DNA from: Myxococcales bacterium
GTDB taxonomy: Bacteria > Myxococcota_A > UBA9042
DNA: 37,259 nt
Reading direction: 5' to 3'
NCBI GenBank assembly: GCA_002726535.1
Contig: PBTG01000069.1
Span: 1-37,259 of the forward strand
This document shows positions 35,384-37,259 of this stretch, one piece after another. Positions within the stretch are counted from its first letter, which is position 1. Each line of letters begins with the position of its first letter. The notes under the pieces are model-generated. The model saw only the letters and a list, made by a program, of their open reading frames with translations. It did no database searches and had not been told where the DNA came from. A program made the position numbers and the translations under genes.

Positions 35384-36775
35384 CTACATTTGATGACGGC
35401 CGACGTGCTTGAGGTAGCGCGCAAAGCGCGACATGACCCAACGATGAAATTGAGCCTGAGTCAGTCGATAAAGCCACCAGGGTAGCGTGGGCTCATATTC
35501 GTGAATCGCAGCGATCAGCGTGTTTTCGTCGGGAACCTGTCGGAACTCAAGGCGCCCACGAAAAGTCTCTTTCGCCAGGAGACCGCCGATGACGCGCAAC
35601 ACTTGTCTCGAGTTGTCGCTGCGATGCCGTAGCGGTTGCAAGACGAGCAAAGGAGGCCCAAATCCAAAGAGACGAAAATGCACCTGATCATCGTCAGAGA
35701 GCTTGACGGTCAGCAGTCCCGACAGGGCTCGAGGCAACCACTTGATGTAGGCCTCCAAGGCCCATGCAGCGTCCCTGGCCTTCGGTAGCGTCATCCTTTG
35801 GACGGAGCGAACCGTCGGAGCTCCTTTTCGAGTGCCGATGAAGGCTCGCGGCTGTCGGGTCACAGGTTCTGTTAACGCCTGGCGCAGAGCCTCATCGATA
35901 GATGTGGGGGACGGATTGACCCAGAGCTTATCTGGGTCGGCGATCATCTCGTGTTTGAGCGACTCAACCAGAGGGGCGACCAGAGATTTGGGCGCACCTG
36001 TAGTGAGACTGACCCAGAGACGAGACAACCGTGGGCTGAACAGAGGTACCGGCAAGCAACGACGCTGGACTCCCATGGCCGCTGCCGTTCGCAACAGAAG
36101 TTGTCGATAGGTCACCACCTCAGGCGCGCCAAGGTCATAGGTTCGGTCGAAAGCCGTAGCATCGCCCAGTAGAGTGCCTACAGCGGCCACCACATCATCG
36201 AGAGCGACCGGCTGCATCCGTGTCGAGGTCCAAGAGGGACAGAGCATCATCGGGAGGCGATGTACGAGACGCCGCAAGATCTGAAAGGATGAACCGTTAG
36301 CGCCGAGAATGAGTCCAGCACGCAAATGTGTCACAGCAACGTTCGTATTCGCGAGGGCCAGCGCCACCTCAACCCTGCTGTGTAAGTGTCTCGATAAGCG
36401 GTCGCCACGGGGATGGAGCCCTCCCAGATAGACAATCTGCTTCATGCCCACTTTGGCAGCTGCCCTGGCAAAGTTGTCTGCACACAGCAAATCCAAATCT
36501 GCAAAATGCCCCTGCACGAGTGCGGCAGATGGCAGCATGCTGTGAACCAAATAGACCCCATAGTCTGCACCGGCCAAGCCAGATTCAGCGTCCTTGAGAG
36601 AGAACAAATCCGCGCGTCTCACCTCAGCGAAGTGAGGTGATTGCAGTACGCCCGATCGCGACAGACCGATCAGTTCGAAGTCATGGGACAACGCTGCTGC
36701 GACGGCTTGACCGATAAAGCCAGACGCACCGGCGATGACGACTTTCGGCTTAGGCTTTGAGTTTGTTTGCGACAT
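35384..36775 (-). CDS. NAD(P)-binding SDR-like protein fused to a DUF2867-like C-terminal domain (E. coli YbjT-like architecture)
   Basis: I start at ATG 36775 (MSQTNSKPKPKVVIAGASGFIGQAVAAAL; Rossmann GxxGxxG). The C-terminal 150 aa (…LRVIGGLLAKETFRGRLEFRQV…AAIHEYEPTLPWWLYRLTQAQFHRWVM) matches my recollection of DUF2867. Confidence 0.8.
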   Translation of the reverse strand: MSQTNSKPKPKVVIAGASGFIGQAVAAALSHDFELIGLSRSGVLQSPHFAEVRRADLFSLKDAESGLAGADYGVYLVHSMLPSAALVQGHFADLDLLCADNFARAAAKVGMKQIVYLGGLHPRGDRLSRHLHSRVEVALALANTNVAVTHLRAGLILGANGSSFQILRRLVHRLPMMLCPSWTSTRMQPVALDDVVAAVGTLLGDATAFDRTYDLGAPEVVTYRQLLLRTAAAMGVQRRCLPVPLFSPRLSRLWVSLTTGAPKSLVAPLVESLKHEMIADPDKLWVNPSPTSIDEALRQALTEPVTRQPRAFIGTRKGAPTVRSVQRMTLPKARDAAWALEAYIKWLPRALSGLLTVKLSDDDQVHFRLFGFGPPLLVLQPLRHRSDNSRQVLRVIGGLLAKETFRGRLEFRQVPDENTLIAAIHEYEPTLPWWLYRLTQAQFHRWVMSRFARYLKHVGRHQM

Positions 36776-36846
36776 CTGGGCTCTCGGATCGGCGAAAAAA
36801 AATAGGCGACATTCACTAGATGCACGCGAGTGGTACAAGGGTGTCC

Positions 36847-37259
36847 ATGATGTGCTTTGCTCAGCAGATATTGACCATACGCTCGAGGGCTAACTCGCTT
36901 GCATGCTATTGGATCGTTATGATCGCGTCCTTAATCGGATGCGGTCCATCGCCAGTTCATCAAGATCAGGCCTGCGCTCCGAGTCACCGAAGCGACACGG
37001 CCTTCGATGGCGCGAGCGACGGCAATCGGAACAACAAGCTTTGGCCCTGTAATTACAACGCCCCTATCGAGGCCGGTCGGATCGACGACGACCGTTTGCC
37101 TGAACTATCGGGGCTCGTAGCGAGCGCAAGTTATCCAGGCTGGTTTTGGGGACATAACGACTCCGGACAGAGCGTAGCTCGCCTGTACTTAATCGACGAC
37201 AAGGCCGCAGTACGCGGCGCACTGACCCTGCCGGCTGTCGCCCCAATCGACTGGGAAGA
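36847..37259 (+). CDS. Lipoprotein, 3' end outside the window; possibly a YjiK/phytase-like beta-propeller family (tentative)
   Basis: This ORF is not in the supplied track because it has no stop in the window. My own translation from ATG 36847 is MMCFAQQILTIRSRANSLACYWIVMIASLIGCGPS... (lipobox LIGC), then ...LPELSGLVASASYPGWFWGHNDSGQSVARLYLIDDKAAVRGALTLPAVAPIDWE. It is divergent from the 36775 gene. Confidence 0.5.
   Translation, partial: MMCFAQQILTIRSRANSLACYWIVMIASLIGCGPSPVHQDQACAPSHRSDTAFDGASDGNRNNKLWPCNYNAPIEAGRIDDDRLPELSGLVASASYPGWFWGHNDSGQSVARLYLIDDKAAVRGALTLPAVAPIDWE

Noticed and set aside
1-37259. Evidence for a mobile element, prophage or genomic island: integrase, transposase, tRNA attachment site, flanking direct repeats.
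   Set aside because: None seen. There are no recombinase-like ORFs, no tRNA-like sequence found by eye, and no terminal inverted repeats. The only compositional dip is in short intergenic spacers.

Overview
This is a chromosomal-looking, moderately GC-rich bacterial window with 20 protein-coding genes. I found no rRNA, tRNA, CRISPR array, transposase or integrase by eye. The protein repertoire (CTDC-type cysteine-rich lipoproteins, FG-GAP propellers, WG repeats) suggests a Myxococcota/Bradymonadia-like organism; this is inference only. Nt 1-17258 form a secretome block. It holds a 5'-truncated double FG-GAP propeller protein; a coupled trio (small secreted Cys-repeat protein, membrane protein, OYE flavoenzyme); two giant tandem Cys-rich lipoproteins (1278 and 1498 aa); an EEP-family nuclease/phosphatase lipoprotein; and an M16 peptidase homologue whose HxxEH zinc motif reads RVLQH. 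Next come a Cys-type glutathione peroxidase, a DUF455 (ferritin-like)/ATP-grasp fusion, and a recC-recB-recD operon joined by ATGA overlaps (20196-29745). The right end carries a DMT/EamA transporter and a signal-less PG-binding + Tae4-like amidase followed by a WG-repeat protein. Converging on these is a minus-strand operon: YbjT-like SDR/DUF2867, a 4xDUF350 membrane protein, and a membrane protein with an extreme Arg/Ser-rich tract. A 3'-truncated lipoprotein gene ends the window. The best candidates for something undescribed are the Tae4-like/WG pair, the DUF350/RS-rich pair, the DUF455-ATP-grasp fusion, the small tandem Cys-repeat protein coupled to OYE, and a 53-aa six-Cys repeat I cannot assign to a family. 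All family calls come from reading motifs by eye; no searches were run.
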